In this document: positions 48,301 through 60,033 of the stretch, one piece after another
Numbering within the stretch: the first letter of the stretch is position 1
How the letters are laid out: the number at the start of each line of letters is the position of its first letter
The notes under the pieces: model-generated
What the model saw: the letters and a program-made list of their open reading frames with translations, nothing else
What the model was told of the DNA's origin: nothing
Databases searched by the model: none
Assembly (NCBI GenBank): GCA_964036045.1
Contig: OZ038378.1
Location: 182,280,001-182,344,000 of the forward strand
From: Eutreptiella sp. 'Long Island Sound 2002'
Lineage: Eukaryota > Protista > Euglenida
Length of the DNA stretch: 64,000 nt
Reading direction: 5' to 3'
Position numbers and translations under genes: made by a program

Positions 48301-51300
48301 CATCGAGCACCCTGTGGAATGGTTCGTTTTTTTTTGGGGGGGGGGGGTGAGATGCAATGTTTTGGGGGAGAGTGGAACGGCGGTCACGGTGCTCAGGCCG
48401 GTAGCATTCTACCCGCGTGAGGAGGGAGGATTTGCTGGTTGCCGACAGTTTGGTTATACTGAGTAAACGATGAGACAAAACATGAGAAATAATGGAGTAA
48501 AAACTGAGTCAAAAACCCCGTTTTTGGACTCGGTTTTGACTGAGGAAAAAGAAGCCCTTTTCTCAGTTTCGGAACTTAGTAAAAAAAAAACGTTTCTAAA
48601 ACAAAACAATCAGTTTTACTGCAGACCGCGGCATAGCCCTCCAGGTCTGGGCAAGCACAGTACTTGAGCGTACGGAAGGGTGCCGCAAGCGCTTCTCTTG
48701 ATGCGTTGGTGCACCTGCCCACCAAAGTTTGCCACAGCCCCTTCGAGCCAACCGCAACTGCAGTCTTTTTGTCGTGAACGCCAACACTCAACGTCCCCCG
48801 ATGGCTCATTACCTAAACTGCGGAGCTTTGTGCGCTTCAGCATCGCGCAGCAAAAGCAAAAGCCGTGTTACAGGAGTGTTCCATGGAGGCGGGTGGGGGT
48901 TACTGTGATTCACGTCAGTTATCGGAAGTTGAGGCCACACGGCGGAGGTGGGGTTGGGTGTGAGGGGGGCAAGTGTGCGCACTCGTGCCTTCGGTACGTA
49001 TTCGGCCCAGCACCGCCACAGCAGCCGCGGACGGAGGAGGCAGCGCAGCGCAGCGCATTAACGCCGGGCCGGTCCTGGCGACCACATGCACACCCCATTG
49101 GGCGTGCGTTGCCCCGCCGATCCCGTGGGCTGCCTGGCATTTGTCTCCGCGCGCGCGCGCGTGTGTGTGTGGAGGGGGTCGGGTATGCAGACCGTGCCCT
49201 TAGCCATGGCCGACACGCACCACTTTTTAATGACAGGCCCACGTGCGGACCGTTGGCCGAGGTCAGGCACAGGCCCGTTCGCGGGAATCTTGGCTCAGTG
49301 CATCTGGATTTTGCTGGTCCACAGTACTTTGGGGTCGGAGGGGGGCTATGTCGGGGGGCTGAGGCCGGTAAAAAAGGGGGGGGGGGGCGTCACTCCAGGG
49401 CATCCACCCAACCGCAACAGTGGATTCCTTGACCTTGTGACCCAAAATGGGGTGTTCCCGCCAGCCGCTCCTTTTAATGGGGGGGGGGGTCCAGCCCCCC
49501 CCGCCGCCCGTGGTGCTTAGTCTTTAGAGGCGCCGAAGGCGTCGAAGACAATTTTTGGTCTAAGCTCATTGGCGCCGAAGGTGCCATAGAAAATTTTTGA
49601 TTGGCCAAAGGCCCGGAAGCAAATTTGGCCCAAGGGGGTGTGTGTGTGCCCCCCCGCCGAAGTGGTGCTGAGTACTTAAAAGGGGCCCTGTGGTTGGCAT
49701 GTGTGCGTTTGCAATCCCCCATTGCAAAGCGGAGGCAGAGGAATCAAAGTGGCTACATCACCCACGCCGTCTCGGGGTCCCCACGTTGGCGAGGAGGTGA
49801 CCCAGTGGTCTGGGCCACGTACGTGGCACTATCTTGGGCCCCGATGCGGGGGGGGCGGGGGGTCCTTGGGTTGGCTGAACCAGGGCTCCCGGGAGGCCCG
49901 TCGGTCACACGGGGGGACTGGCAGGGGCCCAAGGTCAGACCCCCCGGGACCAGGTCAGACATCGGGCGAAAGGTCCGGCACAGCACCGTCCCCGACGGCG
50001 TCGAGGCCGCGCGACGCCTTCTTGCAGCGGCGGTGAGACACCGCACACACGCGCTCACACCGGCGGCCGGGCACAGACCATGTGAACGTGCGTTGGTGCG
50101 GCTCGGCCCAGTGATCAGACGTGCGGGGGTAGCAGACTGCCTGAGAGGGTCCCCCCGCGAGCAAAGGGCGTACTCCTACCCACTTGTGGTACTCGCAACA
50201 AACCCACATCCCTCTGCATGCATCATTCTCTGTGCGGGAAGCATGGGGCGGAATGGGGCAAGAGATGTGCAAGACCGGGGACACACGCACCTGCCCCCCC
50301 CCCCCCCTGTGTGACATTCCGTCTGGTTGTTGTTTCTTTACGGGGCCATGGACAGTCACCCGTTCTTCCCTTCGCATGTTGCGTCGGGTCGCTGCTTTCT
50401 GCCGGCCGCTGCGGCCGGTGCTGTTGCTGGTGTCGTTTCCGCGTTCGCGGAGCCCAGTAGTTGGTGTGTTGGGGCTGTGCTGAATGTGGCTTGGTGTGCC
50501 GTTTGCGCGTCAGCGGCGCCCAATAGTTGGCGTATTGAGGATGTGCGGGTTGTTGCCGGGGTCGTTTGACTGTTTTTGCTGTCCATGCGCCTCTGTCCAC
50601 AGGCCGTCCATAGCCTGCCTCGCTGTATTTCTGTGTGCGTGAGGCCCAGGTGCCCTGTTCCTCCACGCGCTGTCCGGCCGTCCACCATATGTCCTTTTCC
50701 CCCTCACGGCTGGTCTGCCCCTGATGGGCTCCCGCTCCTTTTGCGCAAACAGCCCATCTGGGCTGCGGGAGACACCCCCCACCTGATGCCGGTTGAGCAG
50801 GGGTTGCCCTGGCACCCGGTAGCGACGGGGCTGGCTGGCCATCCCCTTTGTTGTCGCTGCCTCCCATGCGCACGCTCTCCCATCCGCTCCATTCTGGTTC
50901 CCGGTTCCCGCTGTTCTGGTTGCCTCCCCTGCCTCGCTGTGCTCCTCCTCCTTGTCTGCTGTGCTCGCCCTTGTCCCTCCTGGTGCGGCTCCCGCGTCCT
51001 GCCCCATTCCCAGCACAATTAACAAAAAGCCAATCAACCAAAATATGCGAAAAAAAATGCGGGAAAATGCGGAAGTATGTGAAGCGCATAACCCCCCCCC
51101 CCTGAGCAGAGGGACATACCCACTGTCCGGGTCCGTCGTGTACGGGGCCACGCCGGGCCACAACTGCAGGGTCCAGTGCATCAGGACCCCGTCCACTGTG
51201 CCGTCATGGACCGCGGGGACCGACAGGTCCGCGGCCCCAGTGCCGGGGCACGACTGCGTGAAGTCCACGTCGAACACCGGAAACGGATCGCTGCGACAAG

Positions 51301-54300
51301 TCCGAACGGTGCGTCAAAAGGATCGGCGGACGGACGGACGCATTCGGGGACGGCTACCGAAGGACGTGCCCCGGCGCTGGTTCGAGATGTACGCAAATGA
51401 GGGGGACAATGGGCCTTTGGTTGGAGAGCGGGAGAGAGCGGGAGAGCGACGAATTGTAAGTGGCGGAGGGACAGGGACGTCCCTCCGCCTTGAGGCACAG
51501 GCAGACACGGGGTGAGTCATGCAGGGAGGCAGGTGGTTGGGGGGGGGGGTGGAGACAGCAACGGAGCGAGGGGTGGCGGAAGGGGCGTGGGGGATCAGCG
51601 AACGCGGACTGGGGAGGCGCTACCGGGGGGTTTGCCGCAGAGGCGGAGGCAGTGTGCCGATTGGTACTGCCGGGTGTACGCAGTGGTGTGACTTGTCACG
51701 AGGAAATTCTTCGCGTGGCTTGTCCCAAGCCCCTGGGGACATGTATCTCCACCGGGTCAGAGTGGGACCGTTATCCCTCTGCTCACAAGTGCTGCTTCTG
51801 CCCCTGGGCGACCCTCCCACGCCGGCGCTGGTATTGCTTCACATGCCCATCACATTGGAGTCCGGAGGGCGCTCACCACCGCCGATGTGGGAAAGGTACC
51901 ACAGCGTTCCGGATCACCAAATGCTACCCATCGGTACCCATCGGGGGGGCGCAGCATTTCCAGGCGTTGTTGCCCTCGGGCTTTTGGGCGGCGGCGGCGG
52001 GGGGGGCGGGGCTTGGGTTCTGAAGTGTCGAATGATTTGAACGATTTTGAGGCCGTTGGATGTCTGCGCCTTCGACGCCGGGCTTCACCACAACAGATGT
52101 ACAGTGATGAAGCACCACTTCCGTAAATACCCCCAATTGACCAACGGAAAAGGCCAGCAGCCCAGGCTGCACTTGAAAAGGAATTACGCGGGGGAAATGA
52201 CTTCGTGTGAGGCGTTGCCGGTGCCTCGGATGGAGGGATGCCACGAGGCTGCGGCGGCACCTGCCCACTGTCCTACTGTCTCGGCGTCTGTGGACACCCT
52301 CGTGGGCCCAGTGCAGCCCCACCGGCACCCCTACTGACCACCCCATTCCCCCATTGCGTACCTGAGGTTCACTGCGTCGGGGATCATAGGCGAGTGCACC
52401 GGAATGATCTTCCTTCCTCCGGAACACGCGGCAAACTTCAAAGCCCCGGCCTGACGCCACAAGCAAACGAGAGATTGGGGCGTGCGCATGCGTCAGCCCG
52501 CGCTTCTGACGCATTGCAATGAGGAAGCTTTGGGCACATGTAGCGGGGCATGCCCGGGACAATCCCGCGCTGCACGGCCCAGCGCGTGCCGGTGCAGGCC
52601 GCAACGGGCGTACTCCCACGGCACATGCGACGACCCCCAGATCGGTCACTCACTACGGACTGCAGCCCAGTGCTCATGCCGCCGAGTGGATGAGGCAGTG
52701 CACCGTGCTACATAACAACACGTCAAGACGATGAATGCCCGTCTCTTCATTGCCCCATTGAACGTGCATATCAAGAAGAACCGGACTGTTACAAAGGGGA
52801 AACAAGCGGAGGAGTTGTGGTACGTTCAGGCCCCGGCACTTCATGACATCGAGTAGCAATGCACCGCCATGCTGCAACGGTCTCTCTGCCCACCGCCGCA
52901 CAGGGCACTCACCAATCCTCTACACAGGGGTCGGGGGGTGGGTAAGACCTAAGTAAGGTGCGCGAAGCGGCAGACTAACCTTGTTTAACACAGGGGTCGG
53001 CGGGGGGTGGGGGGTCGGGACAATGCCCAAATGTTGCTGCTCTCCTGGCAGCTGGCGGCGTCAATCGACTGCTCGCCACTCACGAGGATCCACAAAGCCG
53101 CTGTGTTGGCCCACCGTTGCTATCTTTCTATCGGTGGCGGGTCGTGGCACCGACACATGAAAGATCCACACGGCAATACCGTTCGGTGCGGAGTGTAAAC
53201 ACGGCAGAATGGCCCGGGGGGTGGGGGCGGGGCAGGGGCGGCAGTAGGCCTGCCTCTTGCCTTTACCTCTGCGCTTGGCCTTGTCCGTCCCACCCGCGAG
53301 ACACGTCGCGCGCGCCCCCCTGGCCCTGCCGCCCGGGAGCACGGGACGCGTACCGCGGCACTGCCCGCGAGGTTGTGCATCGCGCGGACGGACGGGCTTT
53401 GGATCAATCGCCCGAAGATCGTGGCGGAATAGGGGACAGTGGGAGCGGACGGCATCAGCAGGCGCTCCCGGGCGTCCCTGAGGGACGGGAGCACCCCTTC
53501 TCCGATCAGGTGACTGTCCAAGATCTCGGACACCACCATATCGCACTGAGAGAGAGCGACGGGTGAAGCGCAGAGTGGACATTCAGGTGGAGGGTGGTCA
53601 GGGGGGCGGCGGGTCCTCATCGTGCATGACCGTATCTGTGTGTGACGGGACGGTGGATCCTGCGAGGGGCACCAGGACATCTGACCGACAGAGGCAGACG
53701 GTGTTGTCTCGTGGAACGTGATGGGCTCTACTGCACGCAGTTGACGACCAGCGAGTCTCCCTTGACCACCAACCGCCAGTGCCACTGCAGCACAGGACCA
53801 GTGCGCACCGCAACTTTGCACGCACTTCGCTCTCAAGACTTCTACGGCGTGGAATACCGCCGAAATCAGGTTCGTGCGGTCCCGAAAAATATGGGCATTG
53901 AGGTGGTACCCAACCGTTTTGAAACTGAAAGTGTGTCACGTGTTTGTGGTCCAGTTTCGGTCGTTTGCCACGTATTTGTGACCCGATTTCAGTCACACCG
54001 TCGCATCCGGGGCATTCTGGGGTTTCACCAGGACACAAACCGGCCCGACGGGGGCAGTCCTGGAGCCAAAAAAGGTGTTCTAAACCTCCTGCGGAGGGGG
54101 CGTACCTGGCGCAGTGCACTCGCGGTGGAGGAATCAATGCGTGCCGGGGCTGAGGCAGCCAGCGGTTTCAAGGGTTCCTAGTTCCAAGCCATCAACTCCG
54201 TGGGACTGTGTGTTGGTATTTGGGATTTGGTATCAGGGAGGGGGTTGGGTCGGGTTAAGGCCTCTCCCGGTCGCTTACCACCCACGGCCTGCGCTGCGGT

Positions 54301-57300
54301 CCCTGCGCGACTCGACTGGGAGAGACGAACCTGCTGGCCCGGGAACAAGGCCTGCCGGGCTGGTGACAGCCCCCTGACTCCGGGATGGCGCTTGCGGGCG
54401 GGAGACACCGCCGTGCCTGTGTGTGCGTGCGGGCTACCGTGTGGGATGGGGGGGGGCACGCCACGCCTGGCCCGGCCTCACTGTCCGGTGTCCTGGCGGT
54501 GTGTCGGTGGCGGGGGTCGTTCTTACCGCGGGCGCACCGTGGCGTTGGCGCCGGGAAGGGGTCTGCGGGGGTGTTGGTGTGTGGGGGCACTCAGTCAAAC
54601 CTCTGCCTGGACCCCCTGACATGCAATGACGAGGGAGGGGGAGGGGGGCTGGTCAGGAAGAGGGTGAATCGCAGCAAAGGGCACATGTGGCGACCACCCT
54701 ACCACTGAGTGGTCGGCACTCCGGACTGTCACACACGCGAGCGCGGCCTGCAGGCCGAGGCCTGTGCGTTCAGGATTTTATAGGATCGACCAACGAGTCG
54801 GCAAACCGCATGTGCTCATGATTACAAGATGACTTGGGGCGGGGAGGAGGAGGAGGAGGAGGAGAGAATGCAGCTGTTCCGGGCAGCCCAATAGCCCATG
54901 AGCGCGCCCGGGCAGTGGTTTCACGCACACATGTCATGTGTGCGGTACCTCCTCATGCCCCTCCTCACTTGGCTACCTCCGGGCCCGAAAATAGGGGGAG
55001 CCGGGCTCCACTCCCAGCCCCCGGAGGGAGGGGGCGATCGCGGTTCGTGGGGCAGATGTGGATGACATTGTCACGTGGACGAGGGCATTCACAGACCACA
55101 TACTTTGTCAGGGATGTCAACCCCCACCACAACGGATGTGCTCCGCCTGGGCAGTACCGTAACTCGCGACTTGAGGCCGGATAACTCAAGTATCTGTTGG
55201 CTCAGCACGACAAGCGACTGAAAGCCTTCGCAGGCGTAGACGTGTGCAGCGCCAGCCCTGTGCGACATGACCAGAACAGTTATCACCTTCCGGCACGCGG
55301 CGAGTGAGGGAGCGCGTGCGGAATTCGTCTGCACACGTTGAAGAAGACGGGGAAATGCGAATGTTCGGCACGTGCTTTGCATGTGTTCGGTAGGTCCTTG
55401 GCCAGGCATGGTACGTTGGTGTTGGAGCACCAATGCGCACCCAGAGAGTCCGTTCGGAGAGGCGGACGAGGTGCTGGAAGTGGCTGGTGCACTGCCAATA
55501 TGTGACGAAGAAGGCAGGATACCCAAAGACGAGCGGAGAGGAATAACAACCGCTACATGACCCATGCTGCCTCCCCTGCTCTTGAAATTGCACACACAGA
55601 CAAACAGACGCACCCACATCCACACCCACACCCACACCCACACCCACACCCACACCCACACCCACACACAGAGATATATATGGGCGTTTGACCGGGGGAG
55701 GGGGGGTGGATTCCGATGCAAGATCGGAGTTTTTTCAGTTCTCGCCGTTTTTCTCAAAAATATTGTTCCGGAGGGGGGGGGGGGGGGGGGCATGTTATAA
55801 CTTTTTGAAAGAAAGAAGAAAAGGTCGTTTCGGAAAGGTAGGGTCATGGGGGGGTAGGTGACCATATTTTTTCGCCCCGGGCCGCCGAACTTGGGCGTTT
55901 CGGCATCCGCTTGTGAACCTTGGTCTACACTGCATGCAAGGTTTTCAAGGCGCTCGGCCCGGTCCTCCAACATATCGTTTCAATGACGAGAAAAGGGGGT
56001 ATATAAATTTGTGCATTTTGATGCGCCGAATTCAAAAATGCAAGAGTTTCGGCTCAACAAGACAATATGCTGGAGAATTGCCCTGTTTACTGCCCTGATG
56101 TCCACCACCATGCTGATCACAGCCAGTTTAGTCGGAGAGGAAAATGTGACCGTTTTGACGCTACTTGGCCGATTCTCCAACATATTGTCTTGTTGAGGCT
56201 GAACTCTTGCGTTTTTCAATTCAGCACATCAAAATGCACAAATACATCTTCCCCCCTTTTTCGGCACCAAAGGGATATGTTGGATATGTAGGCCCGGCCG
56301 GTTGTTGCCTGTGGCTTGCTATTGAGGGACACCAGCGTTTTTCCTGAAAACCAGCCAACTTCCCTACTTCGCCCAGCCCAGCCACTGTCTCGTTTGGACA
56401 TGGGACCTTGATTTTTGGATTCTCCATGTCCAAAAATAGGGGGGGTACCTTATCCCATATGACATATCCCCAGTATCATGACAAAAATCCAAAAAAAAAA
56501 ACGGCTGAAAAAACTCCGACTTTGCGTCAAAATGGCCATTATCACCCCCGCCCCCCGGCCAAACGCCCATATATATCCACCCGCCCGCACGCACGCACGC
56601 ATGCACGCGCACACACACACACATGCACGCACACGCACCGTGCAGCCATCATTGCAAGCAGTCCACTGCCCGTTCCAATGTCAAGAACGGTGGGCGGGCG
56701 CCCGTGAGTGTCGGTAAATTGTTGCACAGCCAATCGGATCGCTTCGTCATAAAGGTCGTTGCGCACGGAGTCCCGCAGCATCGGAGGAAACCAGAGCCTG
56801 TGCGAAACACGCAGACAGCCTCCTTTGTCACTTTCCCATGCCCCCGAACGTGGCGTACATACAGTTGGCGGTATGTTGAAGAATGGGGAGGGAAATGGGG
56901 TCAAGAAGCAGACGCTCGATTCTAGCGATGCTTTTGAGCCCCATCCCTGTGCCCTTGCCAGCCATGTTACTTCCTGAAGGACTCTGGGGGGTTGCCGTTA
57001 AAACCCAATAATTGCGAAAATTGAAAACGGGCCCAACAACGGAAGAGGGGTGCGGCACAAACAAAACGAATACCTCCATTTCTACATTGTATGGCAGTGA
57101 GGCAAAGAGCGGTAAGCAGCACAGCAAGACGTGCAGATCTGGGGGGGGGGGCTTAGTGCCTGGGAACCAGAGTCGTGTTTTGTGCGGATGTGTCGCAGAC
57201 TGGGTGAGGGAGAAAGTAGATGATTGCGTCGTGGATGGGAAGAGTACAAGGTCTGAACGCTGTCTGCCTTGGGCAGCCTTTGGTCTGTACCATGCAAGCT

Positions 57301-58018
57301 TTGATGATTTGCGAAAACCATTGATTCTCAGCACGTGTCAAAACACAGAAATCCAAAAAATGCAACGATTTCTGTTCCGTCCACAAATCGCGAAAAAGGA
57401 ACAATCATTTGGATCTGCACGTCTTGTGCAGGTCAGCTCCCGAGGCTGACACTCCCAGGGCTGGCACTGCCACCAGAGGCTCAGCCGCACTGGTGCTTAA
57501 TGCGCACGTTCTGCACTGTCTGATAATGGGCATCCTGGGGCTTCCTGTGGCTCATGCCGCACGGCCCCTGTTCCGCCGATTGCGCGAGGACGGGGCCCTT
57601 CCCTTCTCTCTCCTTCCCTCACACCGAACAGAATACGCCTGCGCACAGACACAGCGCTGGTCCCACTGTGCGCCCCCCCGCGATCCCGGACCCCACTGGC
57701 AACGCCACGGCACGGCGCACTGCAAGACGCCGCGGCAATGCGAAGAGGAGCCGCGAGTCTCGACCTGAGCATACTGATGGTCTTTGGGTCGCGCTGCCCC
57801 TCGCTCTCCATCGGGACCCACTCAAGACCTCCATTTTGAGGGTCGAGCCGCGCCCGCAGCTGCACTTCTTTCGTGGTGCCATCCTCTTGGTCAGCCTCGG
57901 CCACGAGGATCTCGTCTGCGTTGGCCTCCGTAAACGGATCGGTCGCCTGCGCAATGGGGGGGCGGTCCACGACGGCTGGTGGCGTACCGCGTAGTGGAAC
58001 GGGTATCTCGCATGTAAC
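34254..58018 (-). CDS. PRMT7: Protein arginine N-methyltransferase 7-like (two tandem PRMT modules), 17 exons, 740 aa; probably the C-terminal part of an RMT2-PRMT7 fusion
   Basis: Exons 58018-57765, 56797-56639, 55257-55104, 53545-53354, 52871-52720, 51290-51120, 48212-48158, 47362-47294, 46292-46167, 46045-45955, 45802-45642, 44284-44183, 42795-42678, 41109-40987, 40252-40205, 37629-37555, 34426-34254. All GT-AG and phase-consistent (2223 nt). Motifs LDPQNGGLEW, MLRDSVRN, VLDIGTGSGLLAMMAARAGA, VYACE, VSEILDSHLIGEGVLP, WQDHW, CACG..ND, DGSF, FWYLRTA, GFD, VWEY, GTAHAILMWVD. Confidence 0.87.
37555..37629 (-). CDS. PRMT7: PRMT7 exon
   Basis: ttgcag|GT TAHAILMWVDVDLRPGPWPSEYTL C|gtgggt. Confidence 0.83.
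37973..38302 (+). repeat. Repeat family R2, copy 2, with an internal 21-bp tandem expansion (GGGGTTGTGCTGATTGCTGCG x4)
   Basis: Direct alignment with copies 1 and 3. Confidence 0.9.
39410..39870 (+). repeat. Dispersed repeat family R3, copy 1
   Basis: Aligns with 56100-56580; both end in AAACGCCCATATATAT. Confidence 0.88.
40205..40252 (-). CDS. PRMT7: PRMT7 micro-exon (probable)
   Basis: ttgcag|AT GIYRKSDSRVPIIKA G|gtgtac; phase 1 to phase 1. Confidence 0.6.
40987..41109 (-). CDS. PRMT7: PRMT7 exon
   Basis: EDAHLPLCVWEYEHTLLTNPVPLLHFNFSEPIDHIKAAAA. Confidence 0.85.
41145..41365 (+). repeat. Dispersed repeat family R1, copy 2 (PRMT7 intron)
   Basis: See copy 1. Confidence 0.85.
42678..42795 (-). 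CDS. PRMT7: PRMT7 exon
   Basis: ARLMAALVQFKHLASAHGFISSVHGFDHTPFAEAQRLAT G|gtttgt. Confidence 0.85.
44183..44284 (-). CDS. PRMT7: PRMT7 exon
   Basis: cccag|SMCNRPVWNYLNFWYLRTAMQPKLHSEAVVVPNQ|gttctt. Confidence 0.85.
44647..44715. repeat. (CA)n microsatellite
   Basis: About 34 units. Confidence 0.97.
45642..45802 (-). CDS. PRMT7: PRMT7 exon
   Basis: RVVGLN...ARLNGLTN...VRAVVGDCFYQ. Confidence 0.82.
45955..46045 (-). CDS. PRMT7: PRMT7 exon
   Basis: AATGTLTEGTVLDICDGSFAGLLVAKALPD. Confidence 0.85.
46167..46292 (-). CDS. PRMT7: PRMT7 exon (start of second module)
   Basis: GTSPPPPPAPSSCACGWQLLPTHRILALNDASRGQLLRQALE|gtgtgc. Confidence 0.82.
47294..47362 (-). CDS. PRMT7: PRMT7 exon
   Basis: VTNGQEVKLSAAHNDFDIWLRLS|gtgtgc. 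Confidence 0.85.
48158..48212 (-). CDS. PRMT7: PRMT7 exon (THW-loop equivalent)
   Basis: ctcag|G HWQDHWHQAIWPFANVSQ|gtgcgt. Confidence 0.88.
50303..50636 (+). repeat. Repeat family R2, copy 3
   Basis: Near-identical to 33016-33348. Confidence 0.92.
51120..51290 (-). CDS. PRMT7: PRMT7 exon
   Basis: DPFPVFDVDF...HDGTVDGVLMHWTLQL...YTTDP. Confidence 0.9.
52720..52871 (-). CDS. PRMT7: PRMT7 exon (probable)
   Basis: HGGALLLDVMKC...PVLLDMHVQW...; weak donor gttgtt chosen to satisfy phase 2. Confidence 0.55.
53354..53545 (-). CDS. PRMT7: PRMT7 exon (double-E loop)
   Basis: CDMVVSEILDSHLIGEGVLPSL...PYSATIFGRLIQS. Confidence 0.93.
55104..55257 (-). CDS. PRMT7: PRMT7 exon (post-I)
   Basis: AGAAHVYACE...RSTSVVVGVDIPDK|gtatgt. 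Confidence 0.92.
55611..55670. repeat. (CACACC)n microsatellite
   Basis: Read directly from the sequence. Confidence 0.95.
55950..56580 (+). repeat. Dispersed repeat family R3, copy 2, with an internal partial duplication
   Basis: TCGGAGAGGAA.ATGTGACC...GATTCTCCAACATAT...CCAACTTCCCTACTTCGC...CCGACTTTGCGTCAAAA shared with copy 1. Confidence 0.85.
56639..56797 (-). CDS. PRMT7: PRMT7 exon (motif I, SAM binding)
   Basis: LWFPPMLRDSVRNDLY...VLDIGTGSGLLAMMAA. Confidence 0.93.
57765..58018 (-). CDS. PRMT7: PRMT7 region exon 1 (acidic linker + QLRARLDPQNGGLEW)
   Basis: ccgtag|GTT in phase 0; donor AG|gtcgag; no in-frame ATG before the conserved N-terminal motif. Confidence 0.75.
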
Positions 58019-58793
58019 CTACGGCCCTGGGCTCGAGCCTCTGGAGCCTTGCAGAGCCCCAAGAATTGCGTACTCATCGAAAGTGAACCTGCGAATGGCT
58101 GTTGCAGCGGGGGGAGAGGGGGGGGGGGTCTTCCTCAAGGGCTGGGGGGGTGCCGTGCAGTACAACCGGTGTTCAGGGCCATGCCTTTTGTGTGATCCGC
58201 TTTTGTTCGTGAGCTCATTTGTGAGGGGCATTGCGGTGGGGGAGGGGGGGGGGGCGTGCCGTTTTGTGGGTGGGCGTGGGCCACAAAGCAACTACGCGTG
58301 TTGGGTGTAGACTGCCCGCTTGCAAGTGCGTGCCGCCGTGTGTACAGGAGGGGGCCTGGGAGGGCGGCGGGGGGGGGGTCCCACAAAGGCTGTGGGTGGG
58401 TGGGTGTAGTACAGCCGGTGTCCAGTGCCATGTCTTCTGTGTGGTCTGCTTTGGTTGAGCGAGGGCGTTTGTGCGGGGCGGGGGGGGCGGTGCGGAGGAG
58501 GGGGGGCGGTCGCAGGTTTGTGTACCAGGGTCGAATGTCTGTCCCACTGTCCACGGCTGCAGCATTCCGCCCCTGCGGAGTCCATTCCCCCCGCCATCGC
58601 TGACACGCTACACGTTCCCGAGCCGCGCCCTGTCGGGGGGGGGGGGCGGGGCGGAGGGTACTGCCGCTTGAAATGGGCGGGGGGGGGGGGTCAGCCATCG
58701 CACTCCAGCGCGTGCGCTCAGGGACAGTGTCGTGTTGCAGACTAAAACGCCAGCCCTTTGTACGTCTGCCACAGCCCCTGCGCACGGGCACAC

Positions 58794-58847
58794 CTCTTCC
58801 TCCGGAGCAGAAGCAGGACTTTGTTTGGCCGCTGCGGATGTGGGCCC
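58794..58847 (-). CDS. Linker micro-exon between RMT2 and PRMT7
   Basis: ccttcgtttgtgtgcag|GPTSAAAKQSPASAPEEE|gtgtgc; phase 0 to phase 0. Confidence 0.6.
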
Positions 58848-59807
58848 CTGCACACAAACGAAGGAAGCGAGTGCCCTCCGCAGTGCTCGCGGAGGAGGGC
58901 CCTACGCAGTGCCCGAGACACGGCACGGGCCGGCACGGGGCCGCAGGAGACGGCCGCGGCCGGTGTCGTAACGGTGGGTGTGGGTGCGGGCACGACGAGC
59001 CATCAAAGCAACGGCAAACGGACGTGCCACTGGGCGGTGGAGCATGGGACCGTTCTCATTGGACGGCCTCCTCGTTCGGGGCTTTGGCTTGGCCTCTTGT
59101 GCGTGTTTGGCGGGGCGGGGGGGGGGGCTTAGAGGCTGAACAGGTGTCCGGGTGGGGGGTGGGGGCGGGGGCCCGGCCAGCACCCCCTCCCCCGGGGGTG
59201 AGGGGTGAGGGGGGGGGGGGGGCGTGCCTCTTGTGTGTGGCGAGGGCGGGAGAAAATAGGGAGGAGTGAGTCTGGAGGCGCATGGCAACCGCGCCGAGGA
59301 GGTGTGGGGGTAGGGGCCAAGCAATCAAGGCAACACAAACGACTCTTTCGTGTGTACAGAGCGTACGTGGCCGAACGATGCATAGGGCCTGCGGACGCGG
59401 CCCTGATTGACGGCGCCGTGCGCCCGGGGACTCTGGACGTGCTTCACTCACCCAACGCCTCTCATACGGCGTGTGTGGGGGGGGGGGGGGGGGGGATAGC
59501 AGGTGGTGGAGTAGGATCGATGTCCTGCACCATGTCTTTTGTAGGACCTGATTTTGTTGGTGGAGTTCCATCTTGTGGGGCAGTTTGTAGGGAGGAGCGG
59601 ACGGATTGGCGGGGGGGGTGTGTAGGGAAGGGAGGATTCCACACATCCTGGTTGGGGGCCCGTGTGTTTGCAACGGGGGACCCCAGACCAACAACAACCG
59701 GGGCACTGTCGAGGGGTCCCAGCGATACGACCCACTGGCCCCTCCCCGTGCCTCAGGAGGCTGCCTTCGACGCCTGCCCTGACCCCCGGCACGAGGTCGC
59801 ATCGTAC

Positions 59808-59945
59808 CTCATCGTTGTCAGACTCCTCCTCAGGGTAGTAAATGGCCGTGGGGAGGAAATACTCTTTGCGGTCGTGCCAGTACTTGCGTCGGACCCCGTC
59901 CCAAGTCTTGTCGTCGACGTCAATAGGCACCGTTTGGAAATCAAC
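59808..59945 (-). CDS. RMT2: RMT2 exon carrying the end of the RMT2 domain, with no stop codon
   Basis: ctcag|VDFQTVPIDVDDKTWDGVRRKYWHDRKEYFLPTAIYYPEEESDNDE|gtacga; the W..V...Y....Y..P motif is the normal Rmt2 C-terminus. Confidence 0.83.
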
Positions 59946-60033
59946 CTGAGTGTGTCACGCCACATCATACACTACATCCCAGGCTATTGCACGGGACAGT
60001 GCACTGTACCACACCACACCACACTACAAAACG

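Noticed and set aside
58019-58021. Stop-codon readthrough or recoding at the in-frame TAG
   Set aside because: More simply explained as the AG of a splice acceptor; no recoding signal is evident.
57619-58077. 152-aa ORF MSTQFLGLCK... as the PRMT7 start
   Set aside because: Out of frame with the conserved PRMT7 motifs, and no plausible intron restores the frame.
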